DNA from: Mobula hypostoma
Taxonomy: Eukaryota
Direction: 5' to 3'
DNA: 64,000 nt
Assembly: GCF_963921235.1 (NCBI RefSeq)
Contig: NC_086097.1
Location: 170,192,001-170,256,000 of the forward strand
Shown here: piece by piece, positions 25,587 to 37,004 of the stretch
How the letters are laid out: every line of letters begins with the position of its first letter
Position numbering within the stretch: the stretch's first letter is position 1
Position numbers and translations under genes: made by a program
Notes under the pieces: model-generated
What the model saw: only the letters and a program-made list of their open reading frames with translations
Databases searched by the model: none
What the model was told of the DNA's origin: nothing

Positions 25587-27499
25587 ACGGGAGTTGGGAT
25601 GTTATGTTGAAATTGTATAAGACATTGCTGAGGTATAATTTGGAGTATTGTGTCCAGTTTTCATCACCTACCTGTAGAAAAGATGTAAATAAAATCGAAA
25701 AATGCAGAAGAAAATGACAAGGATGTTGCAGGACTTAAGGACCTGAGTTATAAGGAAGGGTTGAATAGGTTAGGACTTCATCCCTTAGAATATAGAAGAC
25801 TGAGGGGAGACTTGACACAAGTTTACAAAATTATGAGGGGTATAGATAGGGTATAAGTAGGCTTTTTCCACTGAGGTTGGGTGAGACTATAACTTGAGGT
25901 CATAGGTTAAGGGTGAAAGGTGAAATATTTAGGGGGAGGATGAAGGGTAACTTGTTTACTCAGAGTGTTATGAGAGTGTAATGAGCTGCCACCGTAAGTG
26001 GTGGATACAGAGTTGATTTCAACATTGATGAGAAATTTGGATAAGTGCATAGATGGTAGGGGTATAGAGGGCTATGGTCTGGGTGCAGGTCGATGGGATT
26101 GGGCAAATTAATGGTTCAGCATGGACTAGGAGCGCGGAAGGGTATGCTCCTGTGTTGTAGTGTTCTATGACTCTATGGCTCTATAACCTAACCATCTGGT
26201 ATAGAGGGGCCACTGCACAGGATTGGAAAAAGCTGAAGAAATTCAGCCAGCTTCATCATGGACATTATATACTGTGTATATATATTGCATCATATTGTAA
26301 TTTATAGATCTTAGTATTATGTTTTGCAATTTACTGCTGCCACGAAGCAACATATTTCATAACATATGCCAGTGACATTAAACCTAATTGTGATTGAGTC
26401 AGATTATCTCCTCCTCAACATATTGCTGTCTTTGGGATCTTGCTGTGTGGAACTTCAGAAGAAATTCATTAGCTGTGAATCATAATGGGAGAGGCTGCTA
26501 TGGAAATGCACATCTTTTCTTTAAACTTTCTTGCAAACATTGGGAAGACCTTTAGTGCTGTGAAATACAATGTACCTGCTGCATCCATTGCCAAGTTAAA
26601 CTGAAGCAACCAAACAGCAGATGGTAACCCAAGTGCAAATAATCAGTATGATGATTGTAAAATTATACTTTGAGTACTTCCATCCCAGAACCAGTTTCAA
26701 TCAAAGGTCAACATCATTTCTCTGAAACACGCTGTTTGTCCTTTCAGTCATCTGCAACTGCATTCTGAAACACCTCTTCTTATAATGACGTTTGATCATC
26801 TCCATGACAACCATTCATCAAACATGCAGGGTGCTGCATTCTTGATTGTCTCTATAGAGATAGCTTAGTTTCATATGAAGACCTTCTGGAAAGTTGGTGA
26901 AAAATGAAAGCAGGGCACATCTTCACATACTCCAGGCTGGTAAATTAATACCTGTTAAAATCTAAAAAATAAATTCCATATTTGAGGGTTGGCTTTGTAC
27001 CAAGCTGAGGTTAAGTAGTTCAAATTAATTGTATCTAATGTTTACAATGGCTTCATTCATCATGTTACAAAGTGCACGACAATGCAAATATCACAGGTAG
27101 TGATCTCTGTTTGAAGGGAATAAATCTTTGCTTCTTTGAAAAGGAGGCAAATAATCCTTTTGGGCTCTTGGGGACCAATTTCTTTGGCTTAGCCATGGAT
27201 TGCAAGGGCAGAGAAGTCCAAGGTGTATCAGACACCAGCTGGGCCATAAATGGAGTACTCTATCCAGTTCTCTTCATTGTGTTGTGGTTCTGGGTGCAGA
27301 AATATGTGAGTATGTTGCAGGGGCATCAGAGTTATAATTATAGAAGAGTATCTTAAAGTTGCAAACAAGGAGACTGAGTGGAGAGTTGATTGTGGAGTAC
27401 AGGCCAATGAGGTGACTAGAATGTACATTAATGTACATCAATGAGATGTACAGGAAGGACACGTTGCCCTCAGCAAAGATGTCACTACTCAGGAGTTGT

Positions 27500-28050
27500 G
27501 AATTAGGAAACTTGGTATATCATCAATGACCCTCGTCAATTTTTGCAGGTGCACAACAGGGAGTATTCTATCCACACCGTAGTTTGCCTAAGACATAAGT
27601 AATCACAGAGAGTTGTAAATGCAGCCTCAGTCTATTGTGAAACCAGTCTCATCTCCATGGACTCTGTCTACATCCCCACTGTATCTGGAACACATCCAAT
27701 GTAATCAAGGCTCTCTCACACCCTGATCATTTGCCCTTTTCTGCCCTTCCATTGTGCAGAAGATACAAAAGTTTGGGAACATGTATCGATTCTGTTACAA
27801 GACTCTTGAATGGAGCTTTTATATGACAAAGATAAACTCTTGATCTCTCAGTCTACCTTATCATGGCCCTTGCGCCTTCCTGTTTGCCTTCACTGAACTT
27901 TCTCTGTAACTGTAACACCATACTCTGCATTCTGGTTTTCTTGTGTATAACTTCAATGCACTTTTGTATGGAATGAACTGGCTGGATGGCATGCAACCAA
28001 AAGTTTTTAACTGTCACTGGGTACATGCAGCAATAATAAGCCAATTACCT
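27500..28050 (+). mobile_element. Rex1/Babar 3' remnant
   Basis: TLVNFCRCT-like segment; 3' end GCAATAATAAGCCAATTACC. Confidence 0.65.
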
Positions 28051-28079
28051 TTTCAAACTTAAGTGGTCAAAGATAGAGA

Positions 28080-28260
28080 GGAATCACAAGACACTGCCAA
28101 TGTTGGAATTTGAAGCAACATATGAACTGTCAGAAGAACCCAGGCAGCATTCCTGGAGCATAATGGACAGTCAATACTTTAGATCAACATCTTTCATCTA
28201 ACTGATAGTGAGAGGAGAGATAGCCAGTATAAGGAAATGAGGGGAAGGGGTGGAGATATA
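28080..28260 (-). mobile_element. Degenerate Penelope pseudo-LTR
   Basis: Similar to 38420-38600 (CTGCCAATGTTGGAA...CAGGCAGCAT...GGACAGTCAA). Confidence 0.55.
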
Positions 28261-28567
28261 GTTTTAATTCCAGAAGTCTCCTAGGCAGTTCTGGATGGTT
28301 GCGAGCCCAACTCCACATGTAGAAGGTAGGAGCAGGAATTCAAAATACAAAGAGCAGAGTACTTTCATTATCAAAGTATACTATATACAACCTTGAGGTT
28401 CAACTTCTTGCAGGTAGCCTCAAAACAAAGAAACACAATAGAATCCACAGAAGTCCCACACAACAAAGGCGGTCAATACCACGTGTGAAAAAATGAACAA
28501 ATCGTGCAAACAATAAAAAAGTAAACAAGTAATACATGGAACATAAACTGCAGAAGGTGAGTCGACT

Positions 28568-28650
28568 GCCACGGAGCCAGTTCGGTGCTGAGGCGTGTGC
28601 AGCCAGTCAAGATTCCTGCACTCTCCTCAGCACCGAACTGGCTCCGTAGC
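28568..28650. repeat. Inverted repeat / hairpin (35-bp stem, 13-nt loop)
   Basis: ACGGAGCCAGTTCGGTGCTGAGG (28571-28593) is the exact reverse complement of 28625-28647; it extends with 3 mismatches. Confidence 0.95.
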
Positions 28651-28792
28651 ATAGTGCTTAGTGCGATATTATTATAGCTTGGTGCATCGGAGTTTGGAGT
28701 TTAAACCTGGTGTCCACAGTAAGGAGTCTGTACATTCTCCCCATGGAATACGTGAATTTTGCCTGGGTGCTCTGGCTTCCTTCCACAGTTCT
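28646..28792 (+). mobile_element. tRNA-derived V-SINE-like fragment
   Basis: A-box-like GTAGCATAGTGC, B-box-like GAGTTTAAACC, then TAAGGAGTCTGTACATTCTCCCC...GGGTGCTCTGGCTTCCTTCCACA. Confidence 0.65.
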
Positions 28793-29199
28793 CGGGCCCA
28801 GGCTCCACCACTTCAATCCGACCTGAAATCTGCTCCAGCAGCGGCCGTTGCAGACGTACCTGCATTCTCGACACTCCAGTTCTCTGTCTCCTTCAGTTCA
28901 CTGCAAAAATACCAGTTTGTTCAGATGGTTCAAAAGCACAACTCCCAAAGGGAAATTACAGGTTGAAAACTGCAGTGATTATTGTCTTGAAATAGTAGAA
29001 TAGTTAGAAGTTTTGTTAGCTGCACGCAAAATGTTGACACATTTTGCTCGGACCATTTTGGGTAATTATCTCCTGCTCGTCTGTAAGATCGCGGCTGATC
29101 TGAACTTCCATCTTTCCACTTGTTTTCCATTGCCCTTGCTTCCACCTTTGATCCTCCATGAATATATTTAAGAGTGGTCTTGGAAACCATGTCCATAGC

Positions 29200-30460
29200 T
29201 CCCTGAAAGTGACTATATAAGGTGGTAAAGAAAGATTTATGGCATCTTGCTTTCATTTTTGGAGCATTGAGCTGTATAAAATTTGTCTGAAGCCATACTT
29301 GAGTATTATGTACAGTTCTGGTCACCTTTTATAGAAATCTTAAAAGTTTGTGAAGATTTGTCATGTCATTTAAAACTTCGACAAACTTCTATAGATGTTT
29401 GGTGGAGAGTATATTGCCTGGTAGGGAAACACCAATACCTTTGTATGGAAAAACCTCCAAAATGTAATGGATATGGCCCAGTCCCTCACAGGAAAAACCC
29501 TCTAGTTGTGTTCCAGTCTACGTAGTGTTTTCCAAAATTTGTCATTTCAGTTCTTCTCTTTCTTTGTAAATGTTGTAGATTATCATTATTATTTTTTTCT
29601 TTTTGTATTTGCATAGCTCTTTGTCTTTTGCACATCAGTTGTTTGTCTGTCCTGTCATTGGTCCTTCATTGATTCTATTGTTTTTCTTATATTTACAGTA
29701 AATGCCCACAAGGAAATGAATCTCATGGTTGTATACGGTGACATATATGTACTTTGATAATAAATTTACTTTGAACTTGGAAGCTTTATTTTGAACTTTG
29801 GAAGGATGTAGTGGTTTTTGTAGGGGCGCAGAATAGGTTGACCAGGTTGCTGCCTGGATTCGAGGGTATAAGCTATAAAGAGATGTTAGACAAACATGGA
29901 AACACCAATACCTTTGTATGGAAAAACCTCCAAAATGTAATGGATATGGCCTAGTCCCTCACAGGAAAAACCCTCTAGTTGTGTTCCAGTCTACGTAGTG
30001 TTTCCAAAATTTGTCATTTCAGTTCTTCTCTTTCCCCCGGGATATTTCCCCTGGGATCAATAAAGTATGAATGACTATGACTGTGACTATGATTGCTTTC
30101 CCTGGAACATTAGAGGCTGGGAGGAGACCTAATGGAAGTTTGTAAAATTAATTGACGGATATTTGGGATAGACAGTCAGACTTATTTTTGCCCTGGGTAC
30201 AAATTTCAAATATTAGAGGACATACTGTACATTTAAGGTGAGAAAGAAAATGTAAAGGACATTTGTAGAGCAAGTTTACATGAAGATTGGTAGATTCCTG
30301 GAATGGGTTGCCAGAGGTACTGATGGAAACAGATGTGATAGTGGCATTGAAGAGACTATTAGCCAGCTACATGAACATGTAGGGAATGGAAGGATATGAA
30401 TCTTGAGCAGGCAAAATAGATTCAGTTTAATTTGACATTGTGTTCAGCGCAAATTTTGTC
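29200..30460 (+). mobile_element. Degenerate CR1 interrupted by a Rex remnant (~29335-29800) and a chimeric insertion (29898-30092)
   Basis: LEYYVQFWSP at ~29300; CR1 resumes at GGAAGGATGT ~29800 and TTGCTTTCCCTGG ~30093. Confidence 0.7.
29898..30034 (+). repeat. Direct duplication of 29425-29562
   Basis: ~137 bp, differing by one substitution and one 1-bp indel. Confidence 0.95.
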
Positions 30461-30729
30461 CGTAGGAGAAATGGAAGGAGGAGGGGCTAATTTTTCTCAT
30501 TTTCCTTGTTCCACGCTCTCACCAGCCACTTAGGGAAGGTATTTCCATTCAGATTCTCCTTGAACATTTCACTTTTCACCCTAAACCTATGATCTCTAGT
30601 TCTTGTCTCACCCAGCCTGAGGGGGAACCCTATCTATACCCCTATCTATACCCCTCATAATTTGGTATACATCTTTAAGAACTTTCCTCATTCTGAACTA
30701 TGCTTAAAGTCATAACCTATTCAATTTTT

Positions 30730-31375
30730 GTGGACTTCAGGGAGGGTCAGATGAACCATACCCCTCTGCAAATACATGGCTCCTCCGTAGAAGGAGTTAA
30801 GTGCACCAAGTTCCTGGGAGTTCACATCATGGATGACGTCACCTGACCCCTTAATATCACCTCCCTGAACAAGAAGGCACAGCAGCGTCTCCACGTCCTA
30901 AGGAGATTGAGGCAAACAAGGCTTCAACCTCCACCCCCCCACCCATCTTAACTGCATCTTATAGGAGCATCATTGAGAGCATCCTGATAAGTTGCATCTC
31001 TGTCTGGTATGGGAGCGGGAGAGCATCTGACCAGAAATCCTTACAAAGGACTGAGAATGGCTGAGAGGATCTTAGGGGTCTAGGGGTCTCCTTACCATCC
31101 ATCTGTCAGGAGTGCTGCGTAAGCAGGGCCCTTAGTATTATGAAGGATCCTACCCGTCCATGTAGAATCCCTTTTGACATTTTACCATTAAGGTGGAGAC
31201 TCCGATGCATGAAAGCAAGAGTGGTTTGGATGGGAAACAGTTTCTTCCCTCAGGCCATTTGGCTTCTGAACTCCCTTCTGCATCACATTTGTAGAGTCAC
31301 TGGTTAATCTGTTCTGCACCCTACAATATTTAATTTATGCACTCAGGTTTGTTTATTTATGTGTAATTCAGCTAT
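30730..31375 (+). mobile_element. Rex1/Babar 3' fragment inside a minus-strand CR1 remnant
   Basis: VDFR...KFLGVHI...KKAQQRLHVLRRL...YRSIIESIL..CISVWYG. Confidence 0.8.
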
Positions 31376-32289
31376 AGAGATTGCCCCATTTGCCTCTGTT
31401 TGGTTCATATCCTTTAAACTACTTACCTCATGATCCTGCTTATCTTTTAAGCATTGTAATTGCACCCACTTTGACATCTTCTGCTAGCAGCTCGTTCCAT
31501 ATTTTTTCTTATATGAACTTTCCTGCCTCACTTTTAAAATCCTCCCAAACGCCAAATGTCCCTTTACCTGCAAACATCCTCTGCCAATCAACCCTCACAA
31601 GTTCCTGTCTAAAGCCTTCAAAACTTCCCTTGCCCTAATTTAGGGTTTTAATTTGTAGTTAAGTCCTATATTTTTCTATAACTACTTAAAACTTGACAGA
31701 AGTAGGGTCACAGATCCTCCCAATAATACTGTCACGTCCAGCTTCAGATCACTGTACATGGTGCTAGTATAGAAACAGTAAATACAACCATCAGTGTAGA
31801 CTTGGTGAGCTGAAGGGCCTGCTTCTGTGCTGTGTGATGATAACTTCTTATTCTTTACATGAGATTAAAAGATTACAAATAGTCATAGTCATACTTTCTT
31901 GATCCCTGGGGAAATTGGTTGTGGTTGAGAGTGCCTCTGTAGAGAGTGCACTGGGAGTTACAGAGGCAGCTCCTCCAAGAGGATGAGTTCCTCCAGCAAG
32001 ACCACCTTCCAACTCTTCATGAATTGTCTGCTTCTCTCCTTTCAACAGTTAGGCCCACTCCGAAGATCATCTTCCCTTACTATCGTTGGACCCCATTCAC
32101 TATGATCTCCAACAGTTCGCTGAATTCTCCAAATTCCATGGAATTAGAATCCCAATCCCAATGCAACTAGAGTCATACAGACGTGGAGACATGCAGCATG
32201 GAAACAGATTATTCAGTGCTCCCAGCCCAGCCAACTCTCAAAAACCCATTTACAGTAATCCCACACTGGACCCATTTTATTCTTTCCAC

Positions 32290-32735
32290 ATTCAGATGTA
32301 GCATGGAGAGCATTCTGACTGCTAATGTCACTGCCGGCTATGGCGGCTCCAATGCACAGGGTCAAAAAATGCTGCAGAGGGTTCATGGGCTCAAGCCCCC
32401 CTACCATCGAGGACATCCATTAAATATGGTGTGTCAAGAAGGGGGCATCCATCATTAAGGATCCAGGACATGCCCTCTTCTCACCACTACCATCAGGGAG
32501 GAGATACAGGAGCCTGAGAATACACATTCACTGTTTTAGGAACAGCTGCTTCTCCTCTGCCATCAGATTTCTCAACATTTCGTTAACTCATGATCACTAC
32601 CTCACTATTTTGCCCTCTTTTTGTGCTATTCATTTATTCTTTATATATTTTTTATTGTAGCAGTTATTTTTATGTATTGCTGCCACAAACAAACACATTT
32701 CTTGACATCTGTCAGTGATATAAACTTGCTTCTAA
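32290..32735 (+). mobile_element. Rex1/Babar 3' remnant
   Basis: RCSMESILTANVTAGYG; 3' UTR ending GTGATATAAACTTGCTTCT. Confidence 0.7.
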
Positions 32736-32755
32736 CTGAACTCCCCTCAGATACC

Positions 32756-33617
32756 CATAAAAATCCTGAAGGAGCTCAGCAGGCCAGGCAGCGTCTATGA
32801 AAAAAGTACAGTTGATGTTACTGGCTGAAACTCTTTGGCAGGACTGGAGAAAAAATGCTGAGGAGTAGATTTGAAAGGTGGGGGTAGAGCAGAGAGAAAT
32901 GCCAGGCGACAGGTGAAACTTGGAGGGAGAGGGATGAAGCAAAGAGCTAGGAAGCTGATTGGTGAAAGAGACAGAAGGCCATGGAAGAAAGAAAAAATGT
33001 TGGGGGGGGGTGGGATGGGCATCAGAGGGAGGTGATGGGCAGGCAATGAGATAACATGAGAGAGGGACAAGCGGATGGGAGATGGTGAAGGAGGGGAGGC
33101 ATTACTAGAAGTCTGAGAAATCAATGTTCATGCCATCAGGCTGGAGACTACCCAAATGGAATATAAGGTGCTGTTCCAACCTGTGGCCTTATCCCGACAG
33201 TGGAGGAGGCCTTGGATGGACATATCGGAATGGGAATAGGATGTGGAATTAAAATGGATGGCCACTAGGGGATGTCGCTTGTCCTGATGGATGGAGCGTA
33301 GATGCTTGGTGACACAGTCTCCCAATCTATGTTGGGTCTCACCGATACACTGGAGGCCACGCCAGGAGCACCAAACACAGTATATGACCCCAACAGACTC
33401 ACAGGTGAAGTGTTGCCTCACCTGGGAGGACTGTTTGGGTCCCTGAATGGTAGTGAGGGAGGAGGTGTAGAGGCAGGTTCTGCTTCCAAGGATAAATGCC
33501 AGGAGGGCCGAAACGTCTTCTGTACTTTTTTCCATAGATGCTGCCTAGCCTGCTGAGTTCCTCCAGTGCTTTGTGCGTGTTGCTTGGATTTCCAGCGTCC
33601 GCAGATTTTCTCTCGTT
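32756..33617 (-). mobile_element. Penelope-like element with inverted 5' pseudo-LTR and tail
   Basis: GIY-YIG (FTCESVGVIYCVWC...CIGETQHRLGD...HFNS); inverted terminal copy 33506-33617; 14-bp TSD TCCCCTCAGATACC at 32742-32755 and 33618-33631. Confidence 0.92.
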
Positions 33618-33689
33618 TCCCCTCAGATACCACTAACTTAACCACTTGGCAGGGAGTCAATTTACAATGGCTAATAACTTTATTAGCAG

Positions 33690-33870
33690 GACCGGTGTTG
33701 TAGAGGTGTTAGCACTGGACGAGTTGAATGTTCCAAGCCAGCTCCTTGCCTGCTTTCCATCCGTGCTGAGTTGAGCATCGAGCTAGCAACTCATCCTCAT
33801 AGAAAACAATCAAATGCTATGGAAATGGCAAAAAAATTGCTGCCTGGTGCACCACAAGGCATGAAAAAGA
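33690..33870 (+). mobile_element. tRNA-derived SINE-like remnant
   Basis: A/B-box-like head (TGTAGAGGTGTTAG...GTTCCAAGCC) followed by TTTCCATCCGTGCTG..TTGAGC..CGAGCTAGCAACTC. Confidence 0.45.
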
Positions 33871-34586
33871 AAAGGAATAAATTTATTAACATCACATTTA
33901 CCTCTATACTTCCCACTGTGCAGTATTAAATATCCAGTTTGCCCTAGAATTGGGATACTTTACATTCCTGCAACTAGGGATGTTCCCAAACTAATGCAAT
34001 CTCCTTTTGCATCATTGTACCATTGGTGCATGTGCTTATGTATAAGATATCAATAAACCATTTATTTTTATTTTATTTATTCATTTTTCAGGATGTGTGC
34101 ATCACTGGCAAATCGGCATTTACTGTGAATCATGAATTATCTCTGAATAAAGTGACTTGAAGGTCATTTAAGAGGCAACCAAGTTGCTGAGGATGGTTCA
34201 CAGCAAACATTCTATTGGACAGACTTGGCAGGTCATGCAGCGTTTGAGTGGGGAAATGAATTGTTGATGTTTTGGGTCAAAACCGAACCCTGATGCAGGG
34301 TTTCAAGCTGAAACATTGACAATCCTTGATAAAGTTACATTTGTGTACATTCACAGTGCAACTTCCACTGAATTATTAATATTCCTCCCCTTTTCCATCA
34401 GATTTCTGAACACTTCACAAATCCATGAACATTATCACATTATTCCTTTTTGTACACTATTTTTGCAATTTATTGTAATTTATTGTCTTTCCTTAAGGTT
34501 GTTATAGCTGGGGGTGGTAATAGGGATAAGTTCCCACCACCTATATAATGCTCCCAATGGTGTGAACCTCAAATACGTAACAAAAT

Positions 34587-34620
34587 TGGGGGCTTGTCTG
34601 GGATTTGAACTCGGTACCTC
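34587..34620 (-). other. Copy of the 3' 34 nt of mature tRNA-Pro including CCA (extended PBS), inverted relative to the adjacent LTR
   Basis: The plus strand TGGGGGCTTGTCTGGGATTTGAACTCGGTACCTC versus the tRNA-Pro complement TGGGGGCTCGTCCGGGATTTGAACCCGGGACCTC matches at 30/34. Confidence 0.85.
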
Positions 34621-36071
34621 GTAATGGGTTTAAAGAACCAGCAGAAATAGAACACACCTGGAGTCTGCTATTGCTGTTAACCAAAGCTATTTTATTAGTA
34701 ACTACATAATAATAATAATATAAAACCAGATCAATCAAACAGGTTAGCAGAACTTTTGCATATACAGGTGCATAAATATATAACCCAAACTTCTTCAAGC
34801 TTGGGGGGTAATTGGATACAGTCTTATGATGGTATGTAAGCAAAGTCAGTTCAGTTCATGATATTTAGTTGAGTAGAATTGAGGAGAGAGAGAGAGGTAT
34901 TTAGTTCTCCGGGTAAGCCGATGCTGTCAATCCACCATTGTCCTCCGAAAACCTTTAAAGTCACTGAATGAGGCCACAAGAAGGAGACTGTCTTCTGTGG
35001 TAAAGCTGTCAACCCAGGCAAGGGTTGGACACACTGATAACTTCTCACCGGTCACCCCTTTTCCACACTGTGAGAACTACTGATTGATTCTCCCGATTGA
35101 TCCTCCAAAACCCACCCTTCTGTGGGCACACAAAGCTCATCCAGTGTCCGAATCTGTGTGTGTGTCATTCCACACATGAAGTATCACTGACAGTGATCTT
35201 CAATGAATATCCTTTCAACACAAGTGGTACCACACCCGAATTCAACTATGGGACATCTCAAAGTGGTGACCATAAGATACTCCAACAGAATCCACATATG
35301 GATTATCACCAACAGAAGCTTATCACAAAGGTACCATCTTCAAGTGGTAAAACTACTAACCCAGGCAAGGATTATCACACACAGGTAGTTTCCATACAAG
35401 GTTACCCCAAACACACAACGTGATAGCCACTTATCCAGTTCCACGACATATGAATTAACTCCAACGGTGATTTGCCACAGGGGTGTCTTTCTTCAGTGAA
35501 CTACCACACCCAAACAAAGCATAAATACACACGTGGTATTCACAAAGGTTTTCACCTCACCAGAGAATCCACTCTTGTGGATTAACTAAGTGACAATCAC
35601 ACCTTCGTATTTGAATGGAACTCAAACTCACCCTTACGGGCTACTTAGGAGAGAGTCCAAACAGTGACCTCTTTGTTACTAGGTTTCTACTGTTTCAAAC
35701 CTCCCTCTCCCCTCTGCAAACTTCTTCTGGTTGCAGTACTTGTGACAGTCGTTTATCAATACTCTGGATTGATCTCAACTCACCCCTGTTGGGCTACTGA
35801 AAGTTTAAACCAGGACCTCACTCACTGGTGTCTTTCATTGATCGAATCCATCTTGACTCTGAGCATGTGTTTCTCTGTTTCTGTAACTGTCCTTGTAAAA
35901 AGTAAGCATGCTGCAGAGAAACCATAACATCAATTGTCCATCAAATAATTCCATCTGTCTCTCTCTCCCTCTCTCTGGTACAGCTCAAACAGTGTCCAAA
36001 TGTCTGTCTCATTGTCCAGATGTTTTAAAGTAACAGTCCACAGAAAATATGAACACTAGGGGTACATGACA
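34614..36071 (-). mobile_element. Long LTR (~1.45 kb) of a tRNA-Pro-primed LTR element
   Basis: 5' end TGTCATGTACCCC (36071). The 3' end AATAAAA...CAGACTCCA...ATTTCTGCTGGTT...ACCCATTACGAGGTAC is homologous to the U5 end of the LTR at 47627-48488. Confidence 0.8.
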
Positions 36072-36410
36072 GTTACCTTGGTCTTTTTTGGTACAGGAAC
36101 AATGGTGGATAACTTGAAGCAGGAGGGCACTCTACACTGGGAGAGGGAGAGATTAAAAATGTCTGCAAACACACCTGCCAGTTGTGCTGCGCACATCCAG
36201 AGTACTCGCTTTGGGATGCTATCTGGTCCCGCAGCCTTGCGACTGTCCACTCGTTGAAAACATCTGCATGCCTCAGCCTCAGAGATGACGAGGTTGCAGG
36301 TTGTAGCGGTGGATTTCCTCGGAGGCTCAGATTTAGTGACATCGAACCTAGCATAAAAGCGATTGAGCTCATCTTGGAGAGAGGCCGCGTCATGCGGAGC
36401 ATGCCGTGAA
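36072..36410 (-). mobile_element. Rex1/Babar internal fragment
   Basis: RKAAGPDSIP...QLAGVFADIFNLSL...VPSCFKLSTIVPVPKK. Confidence 0.88.
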
Positions 36411-37004
36411 TTTGCCCATAGAATTTGAATAACACTCTTACATGATTGAGGAAATGAATTCTGTAGATTGTTAATTAGGACTTGATTTACATATGGAAAT
36501 TATACCATTCAAAAAAATTAGCTCGTTTCCATCACAGATGATGATACGTCTTTTCTAATGTAACACAGCACATAATTGTAATGTTGAGGAATTGTTCATA
36601 AATGGGGCTAATTGGGGATAATTTGCATATACATTAGTTCTAATTAACATAATTCATTGCTACGTTAGCCCGAATAGTATGACAATTGCTGTATCCAAGC
36701 TTCGGTGGGAAGACTTCCATTTCTTTGCATCTAACGCTCCAGAATTATGGTGAATTTGTTCATAAATTTTCAAGCAGGAACAAAATTGCAACAATGGGCT
36801 TTAAGTCATAAACTGCAGTTAATTTAGTTGAAGAATGATACTGAAGCCTTCTTGACTGAATTCCTTCACAGCTTGCATATTCCTGATTTTGTTACTGAGG
36901 TAGACAGTAACCTAATTATTTCATCACAAAATAAATAACACTCAATTTCCAATAGGCCAGTCAGATTGTTCCCAGGAGTGGTAATGGATATAAATGGCCA
37001 CAAA

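Larger units (their letters stand above)
18165..26185 (+). mobile_element. CR1 LINE split by L1 and two Penelope fragments (18165-18971 plus 24830-26185)
   Basis: DKSLEPD...MDFSKAFDKVP before the L1; the sequence resumes as WIRHWL...SGVP...KFANDTK after it; tail TTCTATGACTCTATGGCTCTATA. Confidence 0.9.

Noticed and set aside
34587..34620. tRNA-Pro gene
   Set aside because: Only the 3' 34 nt are present, with encoded CCA and no A box or anticodon arm; it is primer-derived.
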